DNA from: Phycisphaerales bacterium
GTDB taxonomy: Bacteria > Planctomycetota > Phycisphaerae > Phycisphaerales > UBA1924
Direction: 5' to 3'
NCBI GenBank assembly: GCA_023382935.1
Contig: JAHDXL010000005.1
Location: 53,717 to 117,716, forward strand
Length of the DNA stretch: 64,000 bases
Position numbers and translations under genes: made by a program. The notes beneath the pieces are model-generated. The model was given only the letters and a program-made list of their open reading frames with translations. It was not told the origin of the DNA and did not search any database. Shown one piece after another: positions 55,821 to 64,000 of the stretch (position 1 is the stretch's first letter; each line of letters starts with the position of its first letter).

Positions 55821-56570
55821 TCAGGGAGTCCGCACGGCCGTCACCACCCGCGGCAGAATCTGGCTGGCCTTCCCGCGCAGGCAAATGTCCACCCGTTCGG
55901 ACATGGGCGTGGGGTCGAGGTTGATTTCCGCCGTCAGTCCATCCGACTCGCAGGCCACCTCGGTCAATCCGGCGGCCGGATACACGAGGCTGCTGGTCCC
56001 GATGACCATGTACACCTCGCACCACTGGGCCGCCCGCCAAGCCCGCTCGAGGGCTCGTTCCGGCAGCGCTTCTCCGAACCACACCACGTCCGGGCGATAA
56101 AGCGACCCGGAAGGCGAGCGGGGGGGGTACTCCGAGAATGGCTCGGGACCGGGCAGAAAGGTCCGCCCGGTGCTGGTGCACTTCCACACATGCAGCGACC
56201 CGTGCAATTCGATGGGTTCGCTGCTGCCCGCCCGCTGGTGTAGCCGGTCAATGTTCTGTGTGACCAGCGTGAACGACCCACCGCGGTCGCGGACCGTCCT
56301 CTCCAGATCGGCCAGCGCAATATGTGCGGGGTTGGGCTGGCACTTGAGGACAGAAAGCCGGCGCTCGTCGTACCACCGCGTCACCAGCGCCGGATCATCC
56401 TCGAAGGCTTCGGGGGTTGAGAGTTTGGCCGGGTCATACTTGGCCCACAACCCTTCCTGCGGGTCGCGAAAGGTTGGTACGCCGCTCTCAATGCTGATGC
56501 CCGCCCCGGTCAGCACGCACACCGAATGAGCCTTGCGGAGTGCTTCGATCAGGCGCTGTTCACCGGTCAT
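55821..56570 (-). CDS. cobB: NAD-dependent protein deacylase (Sir2/CobB family)
   Basis: Motifs GAGISIESGVPTFR, QNIDRLHQRAG, LHGSL and RPDVVWFGE. The zinc-ribbon cysteines are largely absent (see findings). Confidence 0.85.
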   Translation of the reverse strand: MTGEQRLIEALRKAHSVCVLTGAGISIESGVPTFRDPQEGLWAKYDPAKLSTPEAFEDDPALVTRWYDERRLSVLKCQPNPAHIALADLERTVRDRGGSFTLVTQNIDRLHQRAGSSEPIELHGSLHVWKCTSTGRTFLPGPEPFSEYPPRSPSGSLYRPDVVWFGEALPERALERAWRAAQWCEVYMVIGTSSLVYPAAGLTEVACESDGLTAEINLDPTPMSERVDICLRGKASQILPRVVTAVRTP

Positions 56571-56705
56571 GCCGTGAGCATAGGGGTGTGCCCGGCAACC
56601 TCGCCCCCTCGGCGCGGCCCGGTTCAGGTCACGTCAGGGGCCCAGGCGTGCGCGCGCAGGCAGGATCTGCACTTGGCGTTCTCCGCACGCCGATACAGGC
56701 TCCCG

Positions 56706-57320
56706 GTGTCGGCGTGTCTGATCATCTCGGACGGCTCTTTGCCCGGCATGGTGGCTGCTGCCATCGAGTCGGAACGCCGCGTCGACTCGCAGCCCAAGGT
56801 GTGGGCAGGCGATCCGCTCGGACAGGTTGTCGGCCCCACACGCTCCATGGCCCGGCTCGCCGTGCAATCTCAGGCCGACGCCCTCGGACTCGAACTGCTC
56901 GACCGGGATTGGATCGGATCCGACGGCACCGGCGCTGGGCAGAGCCTGGCACTGCTCAGCATCGCCCAGCAGGCCGCAGCGATGGGGGTTCGTCGGGTGG
57001 TGTGGGCCGTCCAGTATCCGCTGCTCGGCGTCGAGCCCGACCTCGACCGCATCGCGGCCACGGTGGACCGCTGCCTGCTGATTTCTCGCCTCGTGTCGCT
57101 CGACCTGTGGGACCATCCCAACCCGTCGGTGCCGGAAGTGCGGATTGAGATGCCGCTGGTGGACCTGTCTGATACCCAGATTGCCGACCTGGCGCTGGAT
57201 CTGGGAGCCCCGATCGCGTCGGCCTGGTGGATGGAAGGGGTGGGCGAGCCGGCCCAGGCCGAGCAGCGCCGATGGCTTCCGCTCCTGGCCGAACTGGGAT
57301 GGGCGGCGCAGTCGGTCTGA
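56706..57320 (+). CDS. QueC/PP-loop ATPase-like protein with degenerate nucleotide-binding and zinc motifs
   Basis: By eye, collinear with QueC: ACLIISDGSLPGMVAAA vs VVVFSGGQDSTT; GQSLALLSIAQQAAAMGVRRVVWAV vs GRNILFLTLAA...AVITGV; VRIEMPLVDLSDTQIADLALDLG vs IRFETPLMWIDKAETWALA. Start uncertain (GTG 56706; the ORF track start 56526 would overlap cobB). Confidence 0.45.
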   Translation: MSACLIISDGSLPGMVAAAIESERRVDSQPKVWAGDPLGQVVGPTRSMARLAVQSQADALGLELLDRDWIGSDGTGAGQSLALLSIAQQAAAMGVRRVVWAVQYPLLGVEPDLDRIAATVDRCLLISRLVSLDLWDHPNPSVPEVRIEMPLVDLSDTQIADLALDLGAPIASAWWMEGVGEPAQAEQRRWLPLLAELGWAAQSV

Positions 57321-57410
57321 GCCTGGCCTCGGTGTGCGGATTGACGAGCGGTGGCGGTGCACGCCGTTGAATCCGGGGCCCGACCGATCGTGGCGCCAAA
57401 CGAGCACTGA

Positions 57411-57929
57411 CTAAGTCTTGGGCGGATCGTCTGAGGGCAGTTTGCCCTTTGCGATCAACTTCTGTCGGTGTGACTCCAGAAGGTCGTCGGCGTTCTCGCC
57501 CAGCGAAGTGAGCAAGCGGTACAGGTAGGGGGCGCGCCCCAGCCACAGCCGCCAGCGGATGAAGGCGTAGACCAGCGAAGGGGGCGTGACGACCGCGGCG
57601 GCGATGATCCAGGGGCGGGTCTGGATAAAGGCCGCGTAAATCGCCACCGCCAGGCCGACACAACCGGCCAAGAACGCGAGAATCAACTGCCCCCCGTCGG
57701 AAGTGACGGCCTTTCGGATGGTCTGCTTATCACGGACGTTGAAGTAGTGGGCCTCGGGGTCGAATTCGATGTCATCGGGGGCCTGCGCGGCCGGCGCGGG
57801 CTGGGGGGAGCCGGGCTTGGCTGCCCGTGTCTCGACGTGGTCCAGCGACTGTTCGAGTTCGACGTCGGCGACCGTCTCGTCCAGGGCGGATTCGTCGATG
57901 GAAGTGTCGTCGGGGTCGATGGGCATCAT
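57411..57929 (-). CDS. Hypothetical membrane protein (acidic N-terminus, two TM helices)
   Basis: 172 aa. TM helices LILAFLAGCVGLAVAIYAAFI and WIIAAAVVTPPSLVYAFI. No family recognised. Confidence 0.55.
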   Translation of the reverse strand: MMPIDPDDTSIDESALDETVADVELEQSLDHVETRAAKPGSPQPAPAAQAPDDIEFDPEAHYFNVRDKQTIRKAVTSDGGQLILAFLAGCVGLAVAIYAAFIQTRPWIIAAAVVTPPSLVYAFIRWRLWLGRAPYLYRLLTSLGENADDLLESHRQKLIAKGKLPSDDPPKT

Positions 57930-58089
57930 GTGGATGGTTCGATTCCTGCCTCTTCAACGATTCCGGGCGACACGCGGTTGCATGAACTTCAGCAACAACA
58001 GGGTAACGGCCCGATGGATGGGGTGCCAGTGGGCGAGAACCCCGCGCTATACTTGCCGCCTGAACGGGTTACAGAGAAGGAGTTGATCC

Positions 58090-59253
58090 ATGAACAATCC
58101 GAGTTTGCTGGGTGTCGGCGCCCTGTGCGTGGCGCTGTGTAGCCCAATCGTCCTGGGGCAGGCGCCCCGCCAACCGGGTTCGGAAGCCGCACCGGCGGCT
58201 CAGCCCGTGGAGGCCCCCAAGCCCGCCCCCATCGAGCCGTTCGTCCCCAAGTGGTCCGATGAGGGCATCGCCAAGGTGGCGCAGATGCTCAGCGGCACCT
58301 GGCAGACCACCAGCCCGGTCGCCGAGATGGACTCGGAGTCGGGTGGCTCGACGCAGTTGGTGATGCAGGTCGGGGCCGTTCCGGTCGCCGGCGTTCCCAA
58401 TGCGCTGGTAGCCGAGGTTGCGCGGGCTGACGATCTGGCCAGTCCCTATCAACAGAGCATCTTCTCGCTGTATCGCTACAAGGACCAGGTCCGCTTGCGC
58501 ACCTACGAGTTTCGCGAAACGGGCAAGTTCGCCGGCGTGATGGTCGGCACCTGGGCGGCACCGGAATACTTCCCCGCCATCAGCACCAAGGATCTGGTGG
58601 CCACGCTGGACGTGGAACTCAAGCCGACGGGCACGGGCTTCGCCGGCGCGACTCCCTACCCCTATCCCACGGGCAAGGATGGCGCGGTCGAGATGACCAG
58701 CCACGTCGAACTGACCGGCAAAACGCTTTCGACCGCCGATCGCGGGTACGACGCCGACGGCAGGGTTGTGTGGGGCGCCGGCGAAGGCAGCACCTGGAAG
58801 TGGACCAAGATCGAAAACCCGGTGAAGGTCATCAAGATGGACCGCGGGGTGATCGCGCTGGAGTACAAGCATCCCGAGGGTGAGGCCATCGCGGAGAAGG
58901 ACACCGTTCACATTCACTACTCGGGCTGGACCAACGACGGCAACATGTTCGACTCCAGCCGCGGGCGCGGGCGCGCGTTCATCTTCCAGTGGCCGGCGCC
59001 CGGACGCCTGATTGACGGCTGGAACATCGGCATCACGGGGATGACCGTTGGCTCGCACCGCCGGCTCATCATCCCCAGCGAGGTGGGCTACGGTGAGCGT
59101 GGGCAGCCGCGTGCGAACATCCCGCCCAACGCCACTCTCTACTTCGAGGTCGAACTGATGCACGCCGAGAAGCCGGCGCCGGAAGAGGAATCGGGCGAGG
59201 GCGGCGAGCAGCCCTCGGCCCAGCCGGACCACGAAGGGCACGACCACGACTGA
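58090..59253 (+). CDS. Secreted FKBP-type peptidyl-prolyl cis-trans isomerase with N-terminal extra domain
   Basis: Signal peptide. C-terminal FKBP domain (VHIHYSGWTNDGNMFDSS, GWNIGITGMTVGSHRRLIIPSEVGYGERG, LYFEVELM). AAGGAG RBS. Confidence 0.85.
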   Translation: MNNPSLLGVGALCVALCSPIVLGQAPRQPGSEAAPAAQPVEAPKPAPIEPFVPKWSDEGIAKVAQMLSGTWQTTSPVAEMDSESGGSTQLVMQVGAVPVAGVPNALVAEVARADDLASPYQQSIFSLYRYKDQVRLRTYEFRETGKFAGVMVGTWAAPEYFPAISTKDLVATLDVELKPTGTGFAGATPYPYPTGKDGAVEMTSHVELTGKTLSTADRGYDADGRVVWGAGEGSTWKWTKIENPVKVIKMDRGVIALEYKHPEGEAIAEKDTVHIHYSGWTNDGNMFDSSRGRGRAFIFQWPAPGRLIDGWNIGITGMTVGSHRRLIIPSEVGYGERGQPRANIPPNATLYFEVELMHAEKPAPEEESGEGGEQPSAQPDHEGHDHD

Positions 59254-59348
59254 TCGACACGCCGAACAGATTCGGGTGTGATGCGAGTAAAATGAGCAGC
59301 GGCGCCGACATGCGCCGCTGCTCATTCGTTTGAGCGGGGGAACTCGGC

Positions 59349-60332
59349 ATGCCCGATCGCGATTTCTACGAAGTCCTCGGCCTCAAGCGAGGGGCCACCG
59401 CCGACGAGATCAAGCGCGCCTATCGCAAACTCGCCCGTCAACTTCATCCAGACGTCAACAAGGCGCCCGACGCCGCGAAACGATTCGCCGAAGTCCAGGA
59501 GGCCTACGACGTCCTCTCGGACGAAGAGCGGCGCAAGCAATACGACCTCTTCGGGCGTGCCGGCGTAGGTGGTGCCGCCGGGCGTGCGGGCGCCGCGAGC
59601 GGACCGCACGGCGCCGGATCTTGGCCTGGAGGCGTTCGCTTCGAGACGGAGATGGGCGACCTCGGTGATCTTGGTGATCTCGGCTCGGTCTTCGACGCCT
59701 TTTTCGGCCGCTCGGCCTCGGGCCCCACGCGCAGCGCCCGCGCTCACCGCGCCGCCCGCAAAGGGCGCGATGTTCGGGGGCAGATCGAGGTCGATCTCGA
59801 AACGGTGGCACTGGGCGGGCGGCGCTCGCTCCGCGTGCGCGAAGGCGATCGCGAACGCACCATCGAAGTCACCATCCCCGCTGGAGTATCTTCGGGGCAG
59901 ACGCTGCGAATGCGCGGCGAAGGCGAGCCCGGTCCCGGAGGCGAGCGCGGCGACCTGCTGGTCGAAGTCCGTGTCCGCGATCACCCGCTTTTCCGTCGCG
60001 GGCAGCCCGGCAAACCGAGCGATTCAAGCCTCGATCTCTTCTTTGATCTTCCGCTCACGATCTGGGAGGCCATGCACGGCGCCCACGTCGATGTGCCCAC
60101 GCTGGAAGGTACGGTGCAACTGACCATTCCGGGGGGGACATCAAGCGGCAAGTCGCTGCGTCTCAAGGCCCGCGGGCTCCCGGGTCGATCCGGCGAACGG
60201 GGCGACCTGTATGCTGTTGTGCAGATCGTCGTGCCCAAGGCCGATGTCCTCAGCGGCGCCGAGCAACGGGCGATCGAGAACGTGGCACGCCGGGGCCCGA
60301 AGGTGCGGAGCGGTTCTCCGTGGACCCGCTGA
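59349..60332 (+). CDS. DnaJ-family co-chaperone lacking the zinc-finger region (CbpA-like)
   Basis: J-domain DFYEVLGLKRGATADEIKRAYRKLARQLHPDVN with HPD. G-rich linker. C-terminal DnaJ_C-type domains. No CxxCxGxG repeats. Confidence 0.85.
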   Translation: MPDRDFYEVLGLKRGATADEIKRAYRKLARQLHPDVNKAPDAAKRFAEVQEAYDVLSDEERRKQYDLFGRAGVGGAAGRAGAASGPHGAGSWPGGVRFETEMGDLGDLGDLGSVFDAFFGRSASGPTRSARAHRAARKGRDVRGQIEVDLETVALGGRRSLRVREGDRERTIEVTIPAGVSSGQTLRMRGEGEPGPGGERGDLLVEVRVRDHPLFRRGQPGKPSDSSLDLFFDLPLTIWEAMHGAHVDVPTLEGTVQLTIPGGTSSGKSLRLKARGLPGRSGERGDLYAVVQIVVPKADVLSGAEQRAIENVARRGPKVRSGSPWTR

Positions 60333-60394
60333 TCCTTGATTTTCCTGCAGGTCGGGTCAGAAAGTGCTAGGGTAGGGGCAACTTCCCCGATGCG

Positions 60395-61900
60395 ATGGGG
60401 GAATCGAGAGGGTTGCGGCGCGTGCTCAAGCAGCGACATCAGATTTTCGTGGCATTGTTCGCCGCCGCTGATGCCACTGCCATTGCGGGCGCCTCATACT
60501 TGGCGTGGGTCATTCGGGTGTCGCGACGCGGCGATGCGTGGCCGGTCGAGTGGGAAGAGTTCATCAAGGGGCCGATGGTCCACGTGATCGTGCCCGTCGC
60601 GCTGTATGTCTTTTCCGTTTTCCGGCTCTACCGTCCCCGGCGTGATCGAAGTCTCTGGAACGAGCAGGGCGGGGTCATCAAGGCCTCGCTGGTCACCATC
60701 GGAGTCGTGGTCATCGCTCTGACCCTGACCGGCTCTTCCTTCATGACCCGTCCGAGCGGGACGGCGCTCGGGCCCTGGGGCTGGGCGGACACGCCGGGCA
60801 AAGTTCAACTGACCTGGCTGGCCATCCTCATGCCGGTCTGGGTGGGGTTGCAGCGCGTCGGTGTTCGCCTGACTCTGCGCTTCTTGCGTGCCCGGGGCTG
60901 GAACCTCCGCTATGTCGCGATCATCGGCACCGGACGGCTCGGGCAGATCGCCTGCCAGACCATCGCGCGGAACTCGTGGACCGGGCTGAACGTCTCCTAT
61001 TTCGTCAGCCACCACGAGCGCACCGCCCGCCGGACCTGCCTCAACCGTCCGGTGCTCGGTGGGCTGGGCGAGTTGGAGAAGGTTCTCGAGAAGCGTCCCG
61101 TGGATGCGGTGTATGTGGCCCTGCCCAGCCAGCAGGCCGGGGAACTGACCGGCCTGCTCCAGCGACTCGAACGCTTCGCCGTCGACGTGCGCATCGTCCC
61201 GGACGTCAGTCCACGCTACCTCCCGCAGAACATGTTGGTGAGCGAACTGGAGGGCATGCCGATTCTCAGTTACCGCGAGTGCCCCACCTATGGGCTGGGC
61301 GGTTTCAGCAAGCGTCTGCTCGACATGGTGGGGGCGCTGGTGGCCTCGGTAGCCTTTGCGCCGGCCATGCTGGTGATCGCGCTGCTGGTGCGGCTGAGCG
61401 GGCCGGGGCCGATTGTCTATCGCCAGCGCCGCGTCAGCCTCGGCGGCTCCACCTTCGAGATCTACAAGTTCCGCACCATGCGCGTCGAGGGCACCGACAC
61501 CCTGTCGGGCACGCTCACCCCGAATGGAATCGAGGGCTGGACTGACCGCGACGATCCGCGCATCACCCGCGTCGGGCGCTTCCTCCGCCGAACCAGCCTC
61601 GACGAACTCCCCCAACTGTGGAACGTCCTCAAGGGCGACATGTCGCTGGTCGGCCCGCGCCCGGAGCGCCCCGAACTCATCCAACGCTTCCGCGAAGACT
61701 GGCGCGGGTACATGCTCCGTCAACACGCCAAGGCCGGGATGACCGGCTGGGCCCAGGTCAACGGCCTGCGCGGGCAGACCAGCCTGCGCAAACGCCTCCA
61801 GTACGACCTGTTCTACATCCGGCACTGGTCGCTGTGGTTTGACCTGCGCATCCTCGCCATGACCATCTACCGCGGGTTCGTCCACCGCAACGCACACTAG
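60395..61900 (+). CDS. Polyprenyl-phosphate hexose-1-phosphate transferase (WcaJ/EpsB-type priming glycosyltransferase)
   Basis: N-terminal TM segments. C-terminal bacterial sugar transferase domain ([48 protein letters not shown]). Confidence 0.88.
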   Translation: MGESRGLRRVLKQRHQIFVALFAAADATAIAGASYLAWVIRVSRRGDAWPVEWEEFIKGPMVHVIVPVALYVFSVFRLYRPRRDRSLWNEQGGVIKASLVTIGVVVIALTLTGSSFMTRPSGTALGPWGWADTPGKVQLTWLAILMPVWVGLQRVGVRLTLRFLRARGWNLRYVAIIGTGRLGQIACQTIARNSWTGLNVSYFVSHHERTARRTCLNRPVLGGLGELEKVLEKRPVDAVYVALPSQQAGELTGLLQRLERFAVDVRIVPDVSPRYLPQNMLVSELEGMPILSYRECPTYGLGGFSKRLLDMVGALVASVAFAPAMLVIALLVRLSGPGPIVYRQRRVSLGGSTFEIYKFRTMRVEGTDTLSGTLTPNGIEGWTDRDDPRITRVGRFLRRTSLDELPQLWNVLKGDMSLVGPRPERPELIQRFREDWRGYMLRQHAKAGMTGWAQVNGLRGQTSLRKRLQYDLFYIRHWSLWFDLRILAMTIYRGFVHRNAH

Positions 61901-61951
61901 GGCCCCCTTGTGCCGACGGACCCGGGTGCCATTCGGCTCTTGTCGCGCCCT

Positions 61952-62674
61952 TTACGACGCGCTGAGGGCGAGCGTCCTTCTTCCATGTCTGCCCATCGCA
62001 AGGAAGTTGGCCAGCAGCCGCGGGCCTTCGTCGGTCAGGAAGGACTCGGGGTGAAACTGCACGCCTTCCACCGGCTGTTTCGAGGCATCGCCCCACACCC
62101 GCCGCAGTCCCATCACCACGCGGGCTTTTGTTCCGTCCGGCAGCGTGTCCTCGCACCACGCCGAGACCTCCCACCCGTCCTTCCCGGGCTCGGGTCGAGG
62201 CGGCACGGTGTCGGCCCGCACCACCAGCGAGTGATACCGCGTCGCCACCATCGGGTTGGAAATGCCCGCAAACACCCCACGCCCGTCGTGCGAGATCAGG
62301 CTGGTCTTCCCGTGCATGAGTATCGCGTGCCGCACGACTTCCATCCCATGCATGTCGGCCATGCACTGGTGCCCCAGGCACACCCCCAGCACCGGAATCC
62401 GCCCGGCAAAGTGCGCGATCATGTCGGGCGAGACGCCCGCCTCCTTCGGCGTGCAAGGCCCGGGGCTGATGATCAGGTGCGTCGGGCCCAGCCCGTCGTT
62501 GAGCCGGTCCGCCTGTTCGGGCGTGAGTTCATCCGAGCGATACACCAGCAGGTCACGACCCGGTTCGAGCGTCGGGTCGAGTTCGCCCAGCCGCTGAACC
62601 AGATTCCAGGTGAAACTGTCGTAGTTGTCGATGAGCAGGATCACGGGCAAGGGTAGGTCGGCTCTCCGAGCCAA
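61952..62674 (-). CDS. Glutamine amidotransferase component of anthranilate / aminodeoxychorismate synthase
   Basis: Motifs ILLIDNYDSFTWNLV, LIISPGPCTP, PVLGVCLGHQ (catalytic Cys) and GVQFHPES. TrpG versus PabA cannot be resolved from sequence alone. Confidence 0.88.
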   Translation of the reverse strand: MARRADLPLPVILLIDNYDSFTWNLVQRLGELDPTLEPGRDLLVYRSDELTPEQADRLNDGLGPTHLIISPGPCTPKEAGVSPDMIAHFAGRIPVLGVCLGHQCMADMHGMEVVRHAILMHGKTSLISHDGRGVFAGISNPMVATRYHSLVVRADTVPPRPEPGKDGWEVSAWCEDTLPDGTKARVVMGLRRVWGDASKQPVEGVQFHPESFLTDEGPRLLANFLAMGRHGRRTLALSAS

Positions 62675-62829
62675 CGGGGTCAGCCACGCCTCTGCGCACC
62701 GGAAATCCAGGCCCGAAGAGAAGGTAGGCTCAGTGTACCCTTGTGCAAGGCGATGAACGACGGACCCGACTACCCCGGTCAGGCGTCATTCCGTTCATCG
62801 CTCCATGGCTTGGTGTGTTTGTCCCAGCC

Positions 62830-63630
62830 TCAGGCCGCCAGTTTCCCGATCGTCCCTGCCACTCCGTCCCGCGTGACGTAGAACAGGTCCGAGCAGATCG
62901 GATACGGCAGTCGACGGTAATCTTCTTCGACGCGAGCCTGGAGGCGATCGCGGAAGGCCTGTGGGTTGGCCGAGATGGCCAGGAACATGTCCCGCGCCGG
63001 CGTGGCGACATAAAAGTCCCCACCCAGTTGCGGCGCGATTCGCTGATACAGATTGCTGAGCAGCAGCCGCGCCGCGTCATAGCCATCCTGCTCGGCCACG
63101 ATCACAGCCTTGCCCCCCTCGCGGCTCTCGACGATCTGTGTCTCAAAGTCGGGCGCGTAGGCATCCAGATTCGCCCGCGCGATATCTTCCAGTTCTTCCA
63201 TCGACATCTGCCAACGCACCGCCTGCTCGGTGGTGATGCTCACCGTCATCTGCGGCATGTCGATCACGAACACGATCACGGTGCCGTTCACGTAGGGCAC
63301 ATGGGCCACCAACTCGCGCGACAGGTGGTCGAAGATGCTCTCCGGCTGAATCCGGGGCATGATGCGCGTGCGGGCCAGATCAAACGGCAGATCAGACATG
63401 GCTGCGGCATCGGAGGCGAACAACTGGTCCAGGAAGTGTTCGACAATCTCCATGCCCCGGTTCGGCTCGTGGGCCACCATCCGGAACAGGTTCTCAAGGT
63501 CGAGCCGACGCCCGTTGACAATCAGTTCGCGAGGGCCGACCAGGTCGATGTCATACTCGGGCTGCAGACGCTTGAGTAGGATGGCGACCTGCTCGGCGAA
63601 CGCTTCGGGCTCTTCGGGCATGCGGGTCAT
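62830..63630 (-). CDS. DUF1444 (UPF0354)-like protein
   Basis: 266 aa from ATG 63630 (GGAGG 9 nt upstream). The pattern IMPRIQP...LVAHVPYVNG...ARANL...DGYDAARLLL resembles the YtpQ/DUF1444 family. The upstream part of the track ORF (to 63993) looks non-coding. Confidence 0.55.
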   Translation of the reverse strand: MTRMPEEPEAFAEQVAILLKRLQPEYDIDLVGPRELIVNGRRLDLENLFRMVAHEPNRGMEIVEHFLDQLFASDAAAMSDLPFDLARTRIMPRIQPESIFDHLSRELVAHVPYVNGTVIVFVIDMPQMTVSITTEQAVRWQMSMEELEDIARANLDAYAPDFETQIVESREGGKAVIVAEQDGYDAARLLLSNLYQRIAPQLGGDFYVATPARDMFLAISANPQAFRDRLQARVEEDYRRLPYPICSDLFYVTRDGVAGTIGKLAA

Positions 63631-63946
63631 CAACTCAACCTCCGTGTCGTCGCCGGGAACACAGCCCAAACAGGTCCATCTGGATGGGCGTTTCGGGCGG
63701 CTCTGTCGGCGCCGTCCGGCGCTGGTGCATCGGTCCGAAGGCGGGCTGCATGGAGGGTGTGAACCGGTTTGGTCGGTTGCGGAACCTCTACGGGCGGTAC
63801 AACCGGACCCTGCCCCGAGTCGGGCCTTTCCCTCCCGGATCGCGCTTGGCGGGAAACCACTCTGCGGGCTAGAATCGCGGCCAACGGGACGAGGCTGTCG
63901 ACCCGGCGTGGGAACGGATCCATGGGATCGTTGTGGAGACCAAAGC

Positions 63947-64000
63947 GTGACCGAGCAAGAAATCGAAGCAAAGGTGATTGACATCGTCGCCAATCAACTT
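63947..64000 (+). CDS. acpP: 5' end of an acyl carrier protein gene (truncated by the window edge)
   Basis: GTG 63947 lies 7 nt after GGAGA. The translation MTEQEIEAKVIDIVANQL matches the usual ACP N-terminus pattern (compare MSTIEERVKKIIGEQL). Only 18 codons are visible. Confidence 0.45.
   Translation, partial: MTEQEIEAKVIDIVANQL

Noticed and set aside
55821-56570. Considered the SIR2-domain gene as part of a Thoeris/DSR/SIR2-HerA-type defence system.
   Set aside because: Its size and motifs are those of a housekeeping CobB-type deacylase. No TIR, HerA, pAgo or large N- or C-terminal sensor domain is present on the protein or in adjacent genes.

Overview
GC-rich bacterial chromosome segment (third codon positions almost all G/C, so every real gene is shadowed by long spurious antisense ORFs). 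By inference it comes from a Planctomycetota (Phycisphaerae-like) genome: it has PEP-CTERM tails, Cys-terminated dockerin-like tails, a DUF1559-type prepilin protein and many secreted metzincins. Positions 1-12350 are the distal part of a type VI secretion locus: (tssB end)-tssC-hcp-tagJ-tssE-tssF-tssG-clpV-CHAP amidase-vgrG. These genes are largely translationally coupled, and hcp is bracketed by two intrinsic terminators. vgrG runs directly into five ORFs (12360-16003) that match no vgrG-linked adaptor or effector family I can name: an acidic-tailed beta-sandwich protein, a LysM + beta-sandwich + PG_binding_1-like protein, a second PG_binding_1-like protein, a signal-less matrixin-style zinc protease and a HEAT-repeat protein. 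This is my best candidate for an undescribed system (T6SS cargo/adaptor/immunity module). The unit ends in a 100-nt C-tract, followed by an array of 42-bp tandem repeats built on the palindrome CGTGCACG, upstream of glnN (type III glutamine synthetase) and an atypical LuxR-family response regulator. The rest is mostly housekeeping: nadD, uvrA, uvrB, mgtE, ppa, rpsT, cobB-like sirtuin, FKBP, cbpA-like DnaJ, trpG/pabA, acpP start, and tRNA-Glu(UUC), tRNA-Glu(CUC) and tRNA-Arg(ACG). Interspersed are secreted or surface proteins (three PEP-CTERM, four dockerin-tailed including a tandem paralogue pair), a secreted five-repeat TRASH/YHS-like protein next to a DUF3365 haem protein, and a PhnX-like hydrolase/transporter/class-III aminotransferase operon. 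I saw no CRISPR array, transposase, integrase or rRNA. All family assignments come from motifs read by eye; no database search was run.
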